Source: a virus
IMG/VR virus record: IMGVR_UViG_3300025889_000075
Span: 64,001 to 128,000 of that record
DNA length: 64,000 bases
Strand: one strand, 5' to 3'
Shown here: piece by piece, positions 30,928 through 41,107 of the stretch
Position numbering within the stretch: position 1 is the first letter of the stretch
Layout: every line of letters starts with the position of its first letter
Notes under the pieces: model-generated
Databases searched by the model: none
What the model saw: the letters and a program-made list of their open reading frames with translations, nothing else
What the model was told of the DNA's origin: nothing
Made by a program: the position numbers and the translations under genes

Positions 30928-31683
30928 ATGCCAGCAATTACAAGTAGAGATACGCTTATTGATTATTGCTTGAGGAAACTTGGCGACCCTGTTATTGAAA
31001 TAAACGTCGATCAGGATCAAATAGAAGATAAAGTAGATGATGCTCTGCAAATGTATCAGGAGTATCATAGCGACGCAACAATTCGTACTTATTTGAAGCA
31101 TCTCGTTACTGCTGATGATGTTTCGAATAAGTACATTCCTATTTCATCAGATATTATTTACGTATCTAAACTATTCCCCGTAACGTCAACCTTTGGATCA
31201 TCAGGCAACTTATTTGATATTCGTTATCAGATGATGTTGAACAACATGGGCGACTTTATTAACTTTGCTGGTGATATTGCTTATCTTTATCAGATGGAGC
31301 AATACCTCAGCATGGTCGATCAAACATTGCACGGCAATCCATTAGTTAGATTTTCTAGAAGACAAAACCGTCTTTATCTCTTTGGAGATTTCGAAGATAA
31401 AGATGTCAAAGCAGGTGACTATTTAATTGCTGAGGTTTATCAAATAGTAAACCCACAATCTCACACCAGCGTTTATAACGACATGTTCATTAAGAACTAT
31501 ACTACTGCGCTAATTAAACAGCAGTGGGGTATTAACATGTCTAAATTTGAAGGTATGCAATTACCTGGAGGAGTAACAGTTAGCGGAAGACAAATGTATG
31601 ATGACGCAACAACTGAGTTAGAAAAACTCGAAGAGAAACTGCGTCTTGAACAAGAATTACCTCCTGACTTTTTTGTAGGTTAA
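30928..31683 (+). CDS. gp13: Neck protein gp13
   Basis: YCLRKLGDPVIEINVD...TALIKQQWG.NMSKFEGMQLPGGVT; synteny. Confidence 0.92.
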   Translation: MPAITSRDTLIDYCLRKLGDPVIEINVDQDQIEDKVDDALQMYQEYHSDATIRTYLKHLVTADDVSNKYIPISSDIIYVSKLFPVTSTFGSSGNLFDIRYQMMLNNMGDFINFAGDIAYLYQMEQYLSMVDQTLHGNPLVRFSRRQNRLYLFGDFEDKDVKAGDYLIAEVYQIVNPQSHTSVYNDMFIKNYTTALIKQQWGINMSKFEGMQLPGGVTVSGRQMYDDATTELEKLEEKLRLEQELPPDFFVG

Positions 31684-31684
31684 A

Positions 31685-32296
31685 ATGGCGACAAATCAAT
31701 ATTTCTCTCGCGGATCTAAATCCGAGCAAAGACTTTATGAGGATCTAGTAATAGAATCTTTGAAGATGTACGGGCAAGATGTTTATTATGTCCCGAGAGA
31801 AATCGTGCGCAGAGATACTATTTTCAATGAAGCGACATTATCTCGTTTTTTAAATGCATATAAAATAGAAATGTATTTAGAAAATACAGATGGGTTTGAG
31901 GGCGAAGGCGATTTGTTTACTAAGTTCGGTATTCAAATTAGAGATACTGCTAATTTTGTTGTTTCAAGAAAAAGATTTAACTGGGAAGTTGGTAGTATAG
32001 AAAATGGTGGTGATCCAAATAAATTCTATAGACCAAGAGAAGGTGATGTAATTCATTTACCTCTTTCTAATTCTACTTTCCAGATTATGAAAGTTGAAGA
32101 TGAAACACCATTTTATCAATTAAAAAATCTTCCAACGTTTAGACTTTCTTGCGAATTATTTGAATACGCTGATGAAAACTTCGATACTCAAATTGCTGAA
32201 ATTGATAATATTGAAACTTACGCAGCATATCAATATGTTCTTACTATACGTACGGCAGAACAAGCCAGAGCAACTGCAACAGCGAGTATTGACTAA
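31685..32296 (+). CDS. gp14: Neck/head-completion protein gp14 (N-terminal core)
   Basis: ESLKMYGQDVYYVPRE...GFEGEGDLFTKFG...RPREGD...CELFEY. Confidence 0.88.
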   Translation: MATNQYFSRGSKSEQRLYEDLVIESLKMYGQDVYYVPREIVRRDTIFNEATLSRFLNAYKIEMYLENTDGFEGEGDLFTKFGIQIRDTANFVVSRKRFNWEVGSIENGGDPNKFYRPREGDVIHLPLSNSTFQIMKVEDETPFYQLKNLPTFRLSCELFEYADENFDTQIAEIDNIETYAAYQYVLTIRTAEQARATATASID

Positions 32297-33102
32297 TGGC
32301 AGGTATTAGCTCATTATCATTAACTTTCGCTGGAGCAAACTATCAAGTAGCTCCAAGCGTTACAATTGCGCTTCCAGATTTAGATTCTGGTAACGCTACT
32401 GCAACTATCACTTTAAATGATAGCGGATTTGTCAGTTCTATTAATGTTACTGATGGTGGTGCTTATTATACCTCTGCTCCAAATGCATCATTTACTTACG
32501 TTGACTCTGATGGAAACAGCGGAACAATTATTGTTGGTACTACTATTAATATTGACGGCACAGTTACTGCAGTAGATAAACCAATAACATCAGCGCCAAT
32601 TGTTTCCTCTTCTATAACAATAGATTCGGCGACTGGTACAAAAAATGATTTTAGAGCAAGAGTTACTTCGATACTCGATTCAGCAAACAGCGTAGTTAGT
32701 GGGTTCAATATAATCGATTCTGGTGGGGGTTATACAGTAGCGCCAGCGGTTACAATTGATTTCTCTTACACAGATTTAAATTATGTGGTAGGAGAAAATG
32801 CTATACAACAAAATGCTACGTTTAATATGGTTGGTGAAGTTCAGGGTTGGAACGATTCGGATAGAGAATTAAAACTAATTCGAGTTGGTGCTTCTGATGG
32901 TAAATTTCATGAATGGAATACTACCAATCCAGTTCGAGGCGAAACTTCAGGTTCTTCTGGTTCTATACTGTCAGTTAGAGAAGTACAAACAATGGATCCT
33001 GATGCTGGCGGTGGTTCTTCTGGTAACGTTACTGATTTCGATGTTTCTGCGCTCGAGTTTATTGATTTCAGCGAAAATAATCCGTTCGGAGATCCAATCT
33101 AA
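32296..33102 (+). CDS. gp14 C-terminal extension encoded as a separate ORF
   Basis: GA.Y..AP.VTI repeats and terminal DFSENNPFGD motif, which typically ends gp14 in marine T4-like phages. Confidence 0.65.
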   Translation: MAGISSLSLTFAGANYQVAPSVTIALPDLDSGNATATITLNDSGFVSSINVTDGGAYYTSAPNASFTYVDSDGNSGTIIVGTTINIDGTVTAVDKPITSAPIVSSSITIDSATGTKNDFRARVTSILDSANSVVSGFNIIDSGGGYTVAPAVTIDFSYTDLNYVVGENAIQQNATFNMVGEVQGWNDSDRELKLIRVGASDGKFHEWNTTNPVRGETSGSSGSILSVREVQTMDPDAGGGSSGNVTDFDVSALEFIDFSENNPFGDPI

Positions 33103-33878
33103 TGTTAACTGGTCATTTCTATCACGAACATATTCGCAAATCAGTAGCGGTCTTTGGATCTCTTTTCAACGACATTTATATTTTTAGAAAAACAAATAGT
33201 GGCGTTGGTCAAGGTCAAATGAAAGTTCCTTTGAGTTATGGTCCAAGGAATAATTTCTTAACACGTATCGCAGAGATGGCAAACGGCGAAGAAGCAGAGC
33301 GTCAGTTAGCAATCAGATTACCGAGAATGTCGTTTGAGATTCTAGGTTTAAATTATGATCCTGTTAGAAAATTACCGACCAACAATTCTACAGTTCAGGC
33401 ATTGGTTGGATCAAACAGTCAGACTGCTAGAACTAAAATGTTCACCGCTGTTCCTTACAACATTTTATTTCAATTAAATATTTATGGTAAAACTCAAGAC
33501 GACGCGCTACAAATAACAGAGCAAATCTTGCCTTACTTTAATCCACAATATACAGTTAGAGTTAAACCAATTGCTGATATTCCAGCAATTATAGATGATG
33601 TACCAATTATCTTGCAAGGCGTAACATTTACTGACGATTATGAAGGATCTATTGAACAAAGAAGAACAATTCTTTATACTTTAGATTTTGAAATGAAAAT
33701 AAACTTTTATGGACCTGTCGTTTCTAAAGATATTGTCACAGAAGTTCAAACGAGTTTGTTTCAAATGGATACTGGTTTATCAGATAGTGATGAATTACTT
33801 AGCACGTTAACAACTACTGCTACTCCTTCTGGGGTTGGACCAGATAGTGATTTTTCTTTATTAACTACTATATCATAG
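33102..33878 (+). CDS. gp15: Tail sheath stabiliser / terminator gp15
   Basis: FYHEHIRK...FGSLFN...VPLSYGP...LPRMSFE...QILPYFNP. Confidence 0.92.
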   Translation: MLTGHFYHEHIRKSVAVFGSLFNDIYIFRKTNSGVGQGQMKVPLSYGPRNNFLTRIAEMANGEEAERQLAIRLPRMSFEILGLNYDPVRKLPTNNSTVQALVGSNSQTARTKMFTAVPYNILFQLNIYGKTQDDALQITEQILPYFNPQYTVRVKPIADIPAIIDDVPIILQGVTFTDDYEGSIEQRRTILYTLDFEMKINFYGPVVSKDIVTEVQTSLFQMDTGLSDSDELLSTLTTTATPSGVGPDSDFSLLTTIS

Positions 33879-33885
33879 GTAATGT

Positions 33886-34236
33886 ATGAATGAAAAAAAT
33901 AATAATATCAGAAATGACTACGAATACTCCCGAGAGACTTATTACGATCTACTAGAGAAGGGAAGAGAGTCACTTGAGTTAATGATTGAAGTTGCCAGAG
34001 AAAGCGAGCATCCACGTGCATTCGAAGTCCTATCAAACATGATGAAGAATATGGCAGACATTAATGATAAGTTAATGGACCTCAATAAGAAAAATAAAGA
34101 CATTAACAAAGAAGAAGTTAAAGAGACAAAACAGATTACAAATAATAACGTGTTTTTAGGAAGCACAACTGATCTACAAAGATTTTTACAGGATGAAAAA
34201 AAGGTGATTGATGTTACTCCAGAATCGAATGAATAA
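33886..34236 (+). CDS. gp16: Terminase small subunit gp16
   Basis: DYEYSRE...ESEHPRAFEV...NNNVFLGSTTDL. Confidence 0.9.
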   Translation: MNEKNNNIRNDYEYSRETYYDLLEKGRESLELMIEVARESEHPRAFEVLSNMMKNMADINDKLMDLNKKNKDINKEEVKETKQITNNNVFLGSTTDLQRFLQDEKKVIDVTPESNE

Positions 34237-35830
34237 TGAAACATATCTTGGCAATATCAATGTAAAACGCGATGGTGTTGTTCAAGAATGGACTAGGGAG
34301 CAAGTTCTTGAATATAAAAAGTGTATGGATAGTCCCGCATATTTTGCGGAAAAGTATGTCAAAATTATTTCGTTGGATAGGGGACTTGTTCCTTTTAATC
34401 TTTACCCCTATCAAAGAGATATGTTCGAACATTTTAACAGCAATCGTTTTAATGTTGTTCTTGCTTGTCGACAAAGCGGTAAGTCTATCTCCTCCGTCGC
34501 CTATCTCCTTTGGTACGCTATATTCAATTCAGAAAAAACAATTGCTGTCCTTGCAAACAAAGGGGCAACTGCTAGAGAAATGTTGGCTCGTGTTACTCTT
34601 ATGCTGGAGAACCTTCCTTTCTTTTTGCAACCAGGTTGTAAAACTCTCAATAAAGGGAGTATTGATTTTTCTAATAACAGTAGGATTATTGCTGCTGCCA
34701 CTAGCGGGTCTTCTATTCGCGGTATGTCTGTTAATTTGCTCTATCTCGATGAGTTTGCTTTTGTTGAGCGAGCAGCTGAATTCTACACTTCAACCTATCC
34801 TGTCGTCTCAGCAGGTAAAGAAACAAAAGTCATCATTACCTCAACAGCAAACGGCATCGGAAACGTCTTCCATAAAATCTGGGAAGGTGCCAATCAAGGT
34901 GTAAATGAATTCAAACCATTTAGAGTCGACTGGTGGGATGTTCCAGGAAGAGACGAAAACTGGAAACAAGAAACTATCGCTAATACGAGTCCTCTCCAGT
35001 TTGATCAGGAATTTGGAAATACCTTTTTCGGAACTGGAGATACCCTGATAAATGCAGAGACGCTCTTGTCATTGCGAGCAAGAGCGCCACTACAAGTTTT
35101 AGAGGGCGGTCTTTTTCTTTCTTATAAAGAACCTGCTAGCAAGCACGAATACATCATGACCGTTGATGTTTCGAAAGGAAGAGGTCAGGATTACTCTACG
35201 TTCAATATTATCGATATTACGACACGCCCTTTTGAACAGGTGGCTGTGTATCGGAACAATTCTATCTCTCCAATACTCTTCCCTAATATTATCTATAAGT
35301 ATGCGAAAGTCTACAATGAAGCATATGTGGTTGTAGAATCAAATGATCAAGGTGGCGTTGTTTGTAATGGTTTGTATTATGATCTTGAATATGAAAATGT
35401 ACATGTGTCATCAGCAATTAAAGCAAACTCTATCGGGATTGAGATTAATAGGAAAACCAAGCGTCTTGGTTGCTCTGGTATTAAAGATATTTTAGAGGAA
35501 CAGAAATTAGAAATTTATGATGAAAACACAATTTTAGAAATATCAACTTTTGTCGCTAAAGGGCAGTCATATGAAGCAAGTGAAGGAAACCATGATGACT
35601 TAATGATGAATCTGGTCATGTTTGGTTATTTTGCAACAACGCAGTTTTTCAGCGACATGACAAACATCAATTTAAAAGAAATGATGTTCCAACAAAAAAT
35701 GCGACAGATAGAAGAAGACATTGTTCCATTTGGTTTTATTGACGATGGATTAGATGCAATTGAGGTTTTAGAAGATCAAGAACGATGGAAAAATCAAGAG
35801 TGGTTGATTCCTCATCCCGAAGAATGGTAG
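34229..35830 (+). CDS. gp17: Terminase large subunit gp17
   Basis: Walker A RQSGKS, Walker B LLYLDEFAFV, nuclease DVSKGRGQDYS and HDDL. Confidence 0.96.
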   Translation: MNNETYLGNINVKRDGVVQEWTREQVLEYKKCMDSPAYFAEKYVKIISLDRGLVPFNLYPYQRDMFEHFNSNRFNVVLACRQSGKSISSVAYLLWYAIFNSEKTIAVLANKGATAREMLARVTLMLENLPFFLQPGCKTLNKGSIDFSNNSRIIAAATSGSSIRGMSVNLLYLDEFAFVERAAEFYTSTYPVVSAGKETKVIITSTANGIGNVFHKIWEGANQGVNEFKPFRVDWWDVPGRDENWKQETIANTSPLQFDQEFGNTFFGTGDTLINAETLLSLRARAPLQVLEGGLFLSYKEPASKHEYIMTVDVSKGRGQDYSTFNIIDITTRPFEQVAVYRNNSISPILFPNIIYKYAKVYNEAYVVVESNDQGGVVCNGLYYDLEYENVHVSSAIKANSIGIEINRKTKRLGCSGIKDILEEQKLEIYDENTILEISTFVAKGQSYEASEGNHDDLMMNLVMFGYFATTQFFSDMTNINLKEMMFQQKMRQIEEDIVPFGFIDDGLDAIEVLEDQERWKNQEWLIPHPEEW

Positions 35831-35846
35831 TCAAAAGTCCCTTTTT

Positions 35847-35854
35847 AATAAATA
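35847..35854 (+). promoter_or_regulatory. Late promoter variant AATAAATA
   Basis: One mismatch to TATAAATA, upstream of gp18. Confidence 0.6.
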
Positions 35855-35922
35855 AATGCATTGAGCAATTACCTTGTAATGTTATTCTTATCATTAGCTA
35901 ATAGAAAAGAAGGACACGAATT

Positions 35923-37671
35923 ATGGCACTTTTTACCCAATCCGCGTCTCCTGGTATCACTATAAAGGAAATAGACTTAACGGGTGTTGTCCCGAATGTC
36001 ACGACTTCTACTGGTGCCTTTGTTGGAGATTTTAGTTGGGGACCAGCGGAAACACCAGTTCTAGTTGACAATGAAGGGACTTTGGTGTCTACGTTCGGTT
36101 CACCAACGACAAGTAACAATGTTGACTTTTTGTCAGCAGCAGCGTTCTTAAAATATTCGAACAGCCTTTATGTTGTTCGCGAAGCAACTGGTGTTGCTAA
36201 AAACGCATATTTTGCAACAGGAATTTCTGTAACAGATCCATTTGTCAAAGACGCAACAGATTTTGATAATCAAGCATCCAGTTTGGATTCTGATGGTCAT
36301 ACTTTTGTTGCTCGCTATCACGGCACAGCAGGAAACAGTATTAAAGTTTCTGTTTGCCCAGTAGAAGACGGTGATGCTGCATTCTCATCATGGACGTATC
36401 GAACTGAATTCGATGGCGCTCCAGGAACGAGTTCATATGCATCAGCAGCTGGTGGATCAAACGACGAAGTTCATGTTGTAGTTGTTGATGAAGACGGTGA
36501 TCTCACTGGAACTGCTGGTACAGTTCTTGAAAGATATCCTTATGTCTCTCTCGCAACTGACGCTAAAACATCTGATGGCACTAAAAACAACTGGAAAGAC
36601 GTAATTAATGCGCGTTCTAGTTATATTTGGGCAGTCAGCATGAACAAAGCGAACGATGTTTCTGATCAGCAATTTAGCGAAGCATCAACAGCAGCAAGCA
36701 CTAATTTCGTTTTAGCAGATCCAGTATCAAAAGATTTCAGTTTAACTGCCGGCGTAAATTCTGGCGTGTTTGGAACATCTGAATATTTGTCTGGTTTCGA
36801 TAAATTCGAAAGCAACGAAGACATTCAGGTTGATTTCTTAATCGCTCCTGGAATGTCTTCTTCATCAGATCAAGCAACTGTAGTAAATGATCTAGTTGCA
36901 ACTGCTGCTAGTTTAAGAAAAGATTGCGTTGTTGTTACTTCTCCAAACCGCGCTGGCGTTGTTGGGGTAACTTCTGCTGCCACGATTGTTACTAATACGA
37001 CAACTTGTGCGAACCTATTTACGGCATCATCTTATCTGATTATGGATAACAACTACTTGAAAGTTTATGATAAATATAACGACAAGTATGTGTTTATTCC
37101 TGCTGCTTCATCAACCGCTGGTTTGATGGCAGGTACAGATGCAGTTGCTGCTCCATGGTTCTCGCCAGCGGGTAATCGTAGGGGTCAATATTTCGGTGTT
37201 ACTTCTCTCGCCTATTCAGCTAGTCAATCTCAACGAGATACGCTTTACAAGGCAGGTGTTAACCCAATCGTTAATCTTCCTGGCCAGGGTGTTACTCTCT
37301 TTGGTGACAAAACTAAAGAGTCTCGCCCATCAGCGTTCGATAGGATTAACGTTCGTCGCTTGTTCTTGGCAGTTGAGAGAGCAATCTCTGCTGCTGCTAG
37401 AAACGTTATGTTTGAATTTAACGACGAATTTACAAGAGCGGAATTTGTTAATATCGTTGAACCATTCTTGAGAGAAATCAAGGGTCGTCGCGGTATCACA
37501 GATTTCAGAGTAGTTTGTGACGAAACTAACAACACGGCAGCGGTCATTGATCGTAACGAGTTTATTGCTAGTGTCTTCATCAAACCCGCACGTTCTATTA
37601 ACTACATTACATTGAACTTTGTAGCGGTTAGAACTGGCGTAAACTTTGAAGAAGTAGTTGGTTTAGTCTAA
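35923..37671 (+). CDS. gp18: Tail sheath protein gp18
   Basis: SPGITIKEIDLT...WGP...PWFSPAG..RG...FDRINVRRLF...IKPARSINYITLNF. Confidence 0.96.
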   Translation: MALFTQSASPGITIKEIDLTGVVPNVTTSTGAFVGDFSWGPAETPVLVDNEGTLVSTFGSPTTSNNVDFLSAAAFLKYSNSLYVVREATGVAKNAYFATGISVTDPFVKDATDFDNQASSLDSDGHTFVARYHGTAGNSIKVSVCPVEDGDAAFSSWTYRTEFDGAPGTSSYASAAGGSNDEVHVVVVDEDGDLTGTAGTVLERYPYVSLATDAKTSDGTKNNWKDVINARSSYIWAVSMNKANDVSDQQFSEASTAASTNFVLADPVSKDFSLTAGVNSGVFGTSEYLSGFDKFESNEDIQVDFLIAPGMSSSSDQATVVNDLVATAASLRKDCVVVTSPNRAGVVGVTSAATIVTNTTTCANLFTASSYLIMDNNYLKVYDKYNDKYVFIPAASSTAGLMAGTDAVAAPWFSPAGNRRGQYFGVTSLAYSASQSQRDTLYKAGVNPIVNLPGQGVTLFGDKTKESRPSAFDRINVRRLFLAVERAISAAARNVMFEFNDEFTRAEFVNIVEPFLREIKGRRGITDFRVVCDETNNTAAVIDRNEFIASVFIKPARSINYITLNFVAVRTGVNFEEVVGLV

Positions 37672-37691
37672 GCGCACTAAGGAGAAAATAA

Positions 37692-38219
37692 ATGGCAATT
37701 TTAGGAGTCGATGACTTTAAATCCAAACTGAAAGGTGGAGGTGCGCGTCCCAATCTATTCAAAGCGACCATAAACTTTCCAGTATACGCAGGTGGAGATG
37801 TTGAATTAACATCTTTCCTTTGCGAAGCAGCACAATTGCCTGGATCAACGATCGGGTTGATCACAGTACCGTTTCGCGGTAGGCAATTAAAAATTGCTGG
37901 AGATCGTACGTTCGAACCATGGACAGTGACAGTTATCAATGATACTGATTTCGCTGTTCGTGATTCAATGGAACGTTGGATGAATGGTATGAACGAACAT
38001 TCAGCAAATACGGGATTAACCAATCCTGTTGATTATCAAGCAGACCTTTTGGTCGAGCAACTTGATAAAGACGGTACCTCTGTTAAGAAGTATAACTTCA
38101 GGGGTTGTTTCCCAACAAACGTAAGTCCGATTGATGTCAACTATGCTACTGTAGATGACATCGAAAGGTTTACGGTTGAGTTCCAGATTCAATACTGGGA
38201 ATCAAATACCACGAGTTAA
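37692..38219 (+). CDS. gp19: Tail tube protein gp19
   Basis: GGARPNLF...PFRGRQLKIAGDRTFEPWTVTVIND. Confidence 0.95.
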   Translation: MAILGVDDFKSKLKGGGARPNLFKATINFPVYAGGDVELTSFLCEAAQLPGSTIGLITVPFRGRQLKIAGDRTFEPWTVTVINDTDFAVRDSMERWMNGMNEHSANTGLTNPVDYQADLLVEQLDKDGTSVKKYNFRGCFPTNVSPIDVNYATVDDIERFTVEFQIQYWESNTTS

Positions 38220-38225
38220 TCTCAA

Positions 38226-38260
38226 AATAAATACTTGGGACTTCATTAATTTGGAGTCCC
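38226..38260 (+). promoter_or_regulatory. Late promoter variant AATAAATA followed by a hairpin
   Basis: AATAAATA at 38226-38233; stem GGGACTTCA/TGGAGTCCC at 38237-38260 upstream of gp20. Confidence 0.5.
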
Positions 38261-38287
38261 TTGTGTTTAACACTGTGAGAAAATTAA

Positions 38288-39862
38288 ATGGCAGACGACA
38301 GCGTTTTAAAATTATTTGGATTTGAAATAAAAAGGGCAGGAGCGAAGGAGAAAAAAGTTCTCCCTTCAGTCGTTCCACCTGTTGATGATGATGGAGCAGG
38401 ATATGTTTCTGCTACCGCTGGTCATTATGGTCAATACATTAACATGGATGGTGATAACTCTAAGGATAATCATCATCTTATTTTGAGATATCGCGGTGTA
38501 GCGATGCATCCTGAAGTTGATATGGCGATTGAAGAAATCGTTAATGAATCAATTTCAGCGTCAGAATTAGAATCAACTGTTGAGTTATCGCTCGACAAAG
38601 TTGAAGCACCAGATAAAATCAAAGATCAAATTACGGAAGAGTTTGAGAATATTGTTTCAATGTTAAAGTTCAATGAACTTGGGCATGATATTTTCAGATC
38701 TTGGTATGTTGACGGTCGAATCTATTATCATCTACTAGTAAACGAAAGCAATCTCAAAGCAGGTATTCAAGAGATTAGAAGTATTGACGCGTCAAAGATT
38801 CGCAAAGTGAAAAACATTAAGTATAAAAAAGATCCGATTACTGGGGCAAAACTCGTTGACAAAATAGACGAATTCTATATTTTTGAAGATAAACCAGGAC
38901 AGCAAAATTCTGGTGTTAAAATGTCTCTTGACTCGATCACATATGTGACTTCGGGCATGTTAGACGAAACAAAGAAAAAAGTAGTTTCACATTTACATAA
39001 AGCATTAAAACCCATCAACCAGTTACGTATGATGGAAGACTCTCTTGTAATCTATCGATTAGCAAGAGCACCTGAAAGAAGAATCTTTTATATTGATGTT
39101 GGTAATTTACCTACAGGTAAAGCAGAACAATATATGAAAGATATTATGGCGAAATATCGTAACAAATTAGTTTACGACGCCAGCACAGGTGAAATGAAAG
39201 ATGATCGTAAACATATGTCAATGCTTGAAGACTTTTGGTTGCCTCGTCGTGAAGGTGGTAGAGGTACTGAAATCTCTACATTGCCTGGTGGCGAGAACCT
39301 TGGTCAGATTGATGATATAATTTATTTTCAAAAGAGATTATATCGTTCATTGAATGTTCCAATAAACCGTTTGGAACAAGAAGCACAGTTTTCTTTGGGT
39401 CGTTCAACAGAAATTACTAGGGACGAACTAAAGTTTCAAAAGTTTATTGATAGATTGAGAAAGAAATTTGCTAACGTATTTCTCAATATCCTCAAGAAAC
39501 AACTTATCCTTAAAGGTGTTATTACTGATCAAGATTGGGATGAGTGGAAAAACGACATTGTAGTAGATTTCGTTAAAGATAACCATTTCACAGAATTGAA
39601 AGAAATGGAAATCCTTAGAGAGAAATTGAATACAATGAATGAGATTCAACCGTTCGTTGGAGAATTCTTCTCTAAAGAATGGATTATGAAAAATGTTATG
39701 AGATTATCTGATGAAGATATCGAAGACATGAAGAAAGAAATTGATCAAGAGATCAGTTCTGGTGATATTGATACAGGCGAAGAAGAGGGTCAACCTCCTG
39801 AATCTGCTCCAGCAGCACAGGAAAAGAAACCTCAGCCACCTAAAGCAGAGAAAGAGGAGTAA
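38288..39862 (+). CDS. gp20: Portal protein gp20
   Basis: LVIYRLARAPERRIFYIDVGNLP...MLEDFWLPRREGGRGTEISTLPGG. Confidence 0.97.
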   Translation: MADDSVLKLFGFEIKRAGAKEKKVLPSVVPPVDDDGAGYVSATAGHYGQYINMDGDNSKDNHHLILRYRGVAMHPEVDMAIEEIVNESISASELESTVELSLDKVEAPDKIKDQITEEFENIVSMLKFNELGHDIFRSWYVDGRIYYHLLVNESNLKAGIQEIRSIDASKIRKVKNIKYKKDPITGAKLVDKIDEFYIFEDKPGQQNSGVKMSLDSITYVTSGMLDETKKKVVSHLHKALKPINQLRMMEDSLVIYRLARAPERRIFYIDVGNLPTGKAEQYMKDIMAKYRNKLVYDASTGEMKDDRKHMSMLEDFWLPRREGGRGTEISTLPGGENLGQIDDIIYFQKRLYRSLNVPINRLEQEAQFSLGRSTEITRDELKFQKFIDRLRKKFANVFLNILKKQLILKGVITDQDWDEWKNDIVVDFVKDNHFTELKEMEILREKLNTMNEIQPFVGEFFSKEWIMKNVMRLSDEDIEDMKKEIDQEISSGDIDTGEEEGQPPESAPAAQEKKPQPPKAEKEE

Positions 39863-39865
39863 ATT

Positions 39866-40213
39866 ATGTCTGAACAAGAAGCATTGGTTGCCGACGAACA
39901 AGAAATTGAAATGCCTTCAAACCAACAGGGTATTTTAGATTTTCTTAAACACATTGAAGACGGCGACTTCACTAATGCAGAAAGAGGATTTAATTCTTTA
40001 GTCAACGATAAGATCACTGACGTATTAGATCAAACTAAAATGAAACTCGCCGATCAAATCTTCAATGATTATGAAGACGATGGTGATGATGATGAAGAAA
40101 TTGAATATGAAGAAGACTTCGACGAAGATGATGAAGAAATCGACGAAGAAGACGAAGATGATGATGACGAAGAGTGGGAAGAAGACGACGAAGAAGATCC
40201 TTCTGAAAATTAA
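39866..40213 (+). CDS. Acidic prohead core protein (gp67-like)
   Basis: Position after gp20; long D/E tract at the C-terminus. Confidence 0.65.
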   Translation: MSEQEALVADEQEIEMPSNQQGILDFLKHIEDGDFTNAERGFNSLVNDKITDVLDQTKMKLADQIFNDYEDDGDDDEEIEYEEDFDEDDEEIDEEDEDDDDEEWEEDDEEDPSEN

Positions 40214-40218
40214 TTTTT

Positions 40219-40226
40219 TATAAATA
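40219..40226 (+). promoter_or_regulatory. T4-type late promoter TATAAATA
   Basis: Exact consensus upstream of 40233/gp21. Confidence 0.8.
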
Positions 40227-40232
40227 AATAAC

Positions 40233-40442
40233 ATGAAATCGTTTACACAAATACGAGAAAAGACCAGCAAGATGCCTCCTGGAGAGCATGTCTTTGACAA
40301 AAAGGTTGGTAAAGTCAAAGTAATGGTTCATAAAACCGATAAGGGATTTGTGGTTTATGTAGACGGTGACAAGTTAGATACATATAGATCTAAATCAGAA
40401 GCGCAAAGGATGGGAATCCAATTCGCTAAGGAACTCAAATGA
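40233..40442 (+). CDS. Small basic head-assembly-region protein (gp68 position)
   Basis: 69 aa; ATGA overlap with gp21. Confidence 0.55.
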   Translation: MKSFTQIREKTSKMPPGEHVFDKKVGKVKVMVHKTDKGFVVYVDGDKLDTYRSKSEAQRMGIQFAKELK

Positions 40443-41104
40443 AACTGATCGCAGAGTATATCGAACACGATTTAGAAGTTATCACCGAGAAAAAAGAAAA
40501 CGGTGAAAAGTCTTACGCCATTGAAGGCGTTTTTGCGCAAGCAGAACAAAAGAATCGTAACGGTCGCATTTATCCTCGCCCTATTATGGAAAAGGCAGTC
40601 GACAAATATGTGGTTGAACAAGTTTCACAAAAGAGAGCAGTTGGAGAATTAAATCATCCAGAGGGTCCGACTGTTAATTTAGATAAAGTTTCTCACCTCA
40701 TCACTGACCTTCGCTTCGAGGGCAATGATGTGGTTGGAAAAGCATCTATACTGGATACTCCTAATGGCAAGATTGTTAAAGGATTGTTAGATGGGGGCGT
40801 CAGATTAGGTGTTTCAACTCGTGGTATGGGTAGTCTTGAGAATCGTGGTGGTACTATGTACGTTAAGGATGACTTCATTCTTAATACAGTAGACATTGTA
40901 CAAGATCCATCAGCACCAGCAGCTTTCGTTAATGGAATTATGGAAGGTGTTGAATGGGTTTGGAACAATGGCATTATCGAACCTCAAGTAATTGAAGAAA
41001 TGGAGACTGAAATTAAAACAGCTCCGCGCAAGCATCTCTACGAGACGCAAGTTCGTGAGTTTAAAAATTTCCTCTCGTTGCTTAAATCGAACTTTAAGGA
41101 GTAA
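40439..41104 (+). CDS. gp21: Prohead protease gp21
   Basis: NRNGRIYP...GELNHP...LGVSTRGMGSL...DIVQDPSAP. Confidence 0.95.
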   Translation: MKLIAEYIEHDLEVITEKKENGEKSYAIEGVFAQAEQKNRNGRIYPRPIMEKAVDKYVVEQVSQKRAVGELNHPEGPTVNLDKVSHLITDLRFEGNDVVGKASILDTPNGKIVKGLLDGGVRLGVSTRGMGSLENRGGTMYVKDDFILNTVDIVQDPSAPAAFVNGIMEGVEWVWNNGIIEPQVIEEMETEIKTAPRKHLYETQVREFKNFLSLLKSNFKE

Positions 41105-41107
41105 AAT

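Noticed and set aside
40068-40200. GAY/GAR low-complexity tract as a regulatory repeat
   Set aside because: It encodes the acidic tail expected of a gp67-like core protein.
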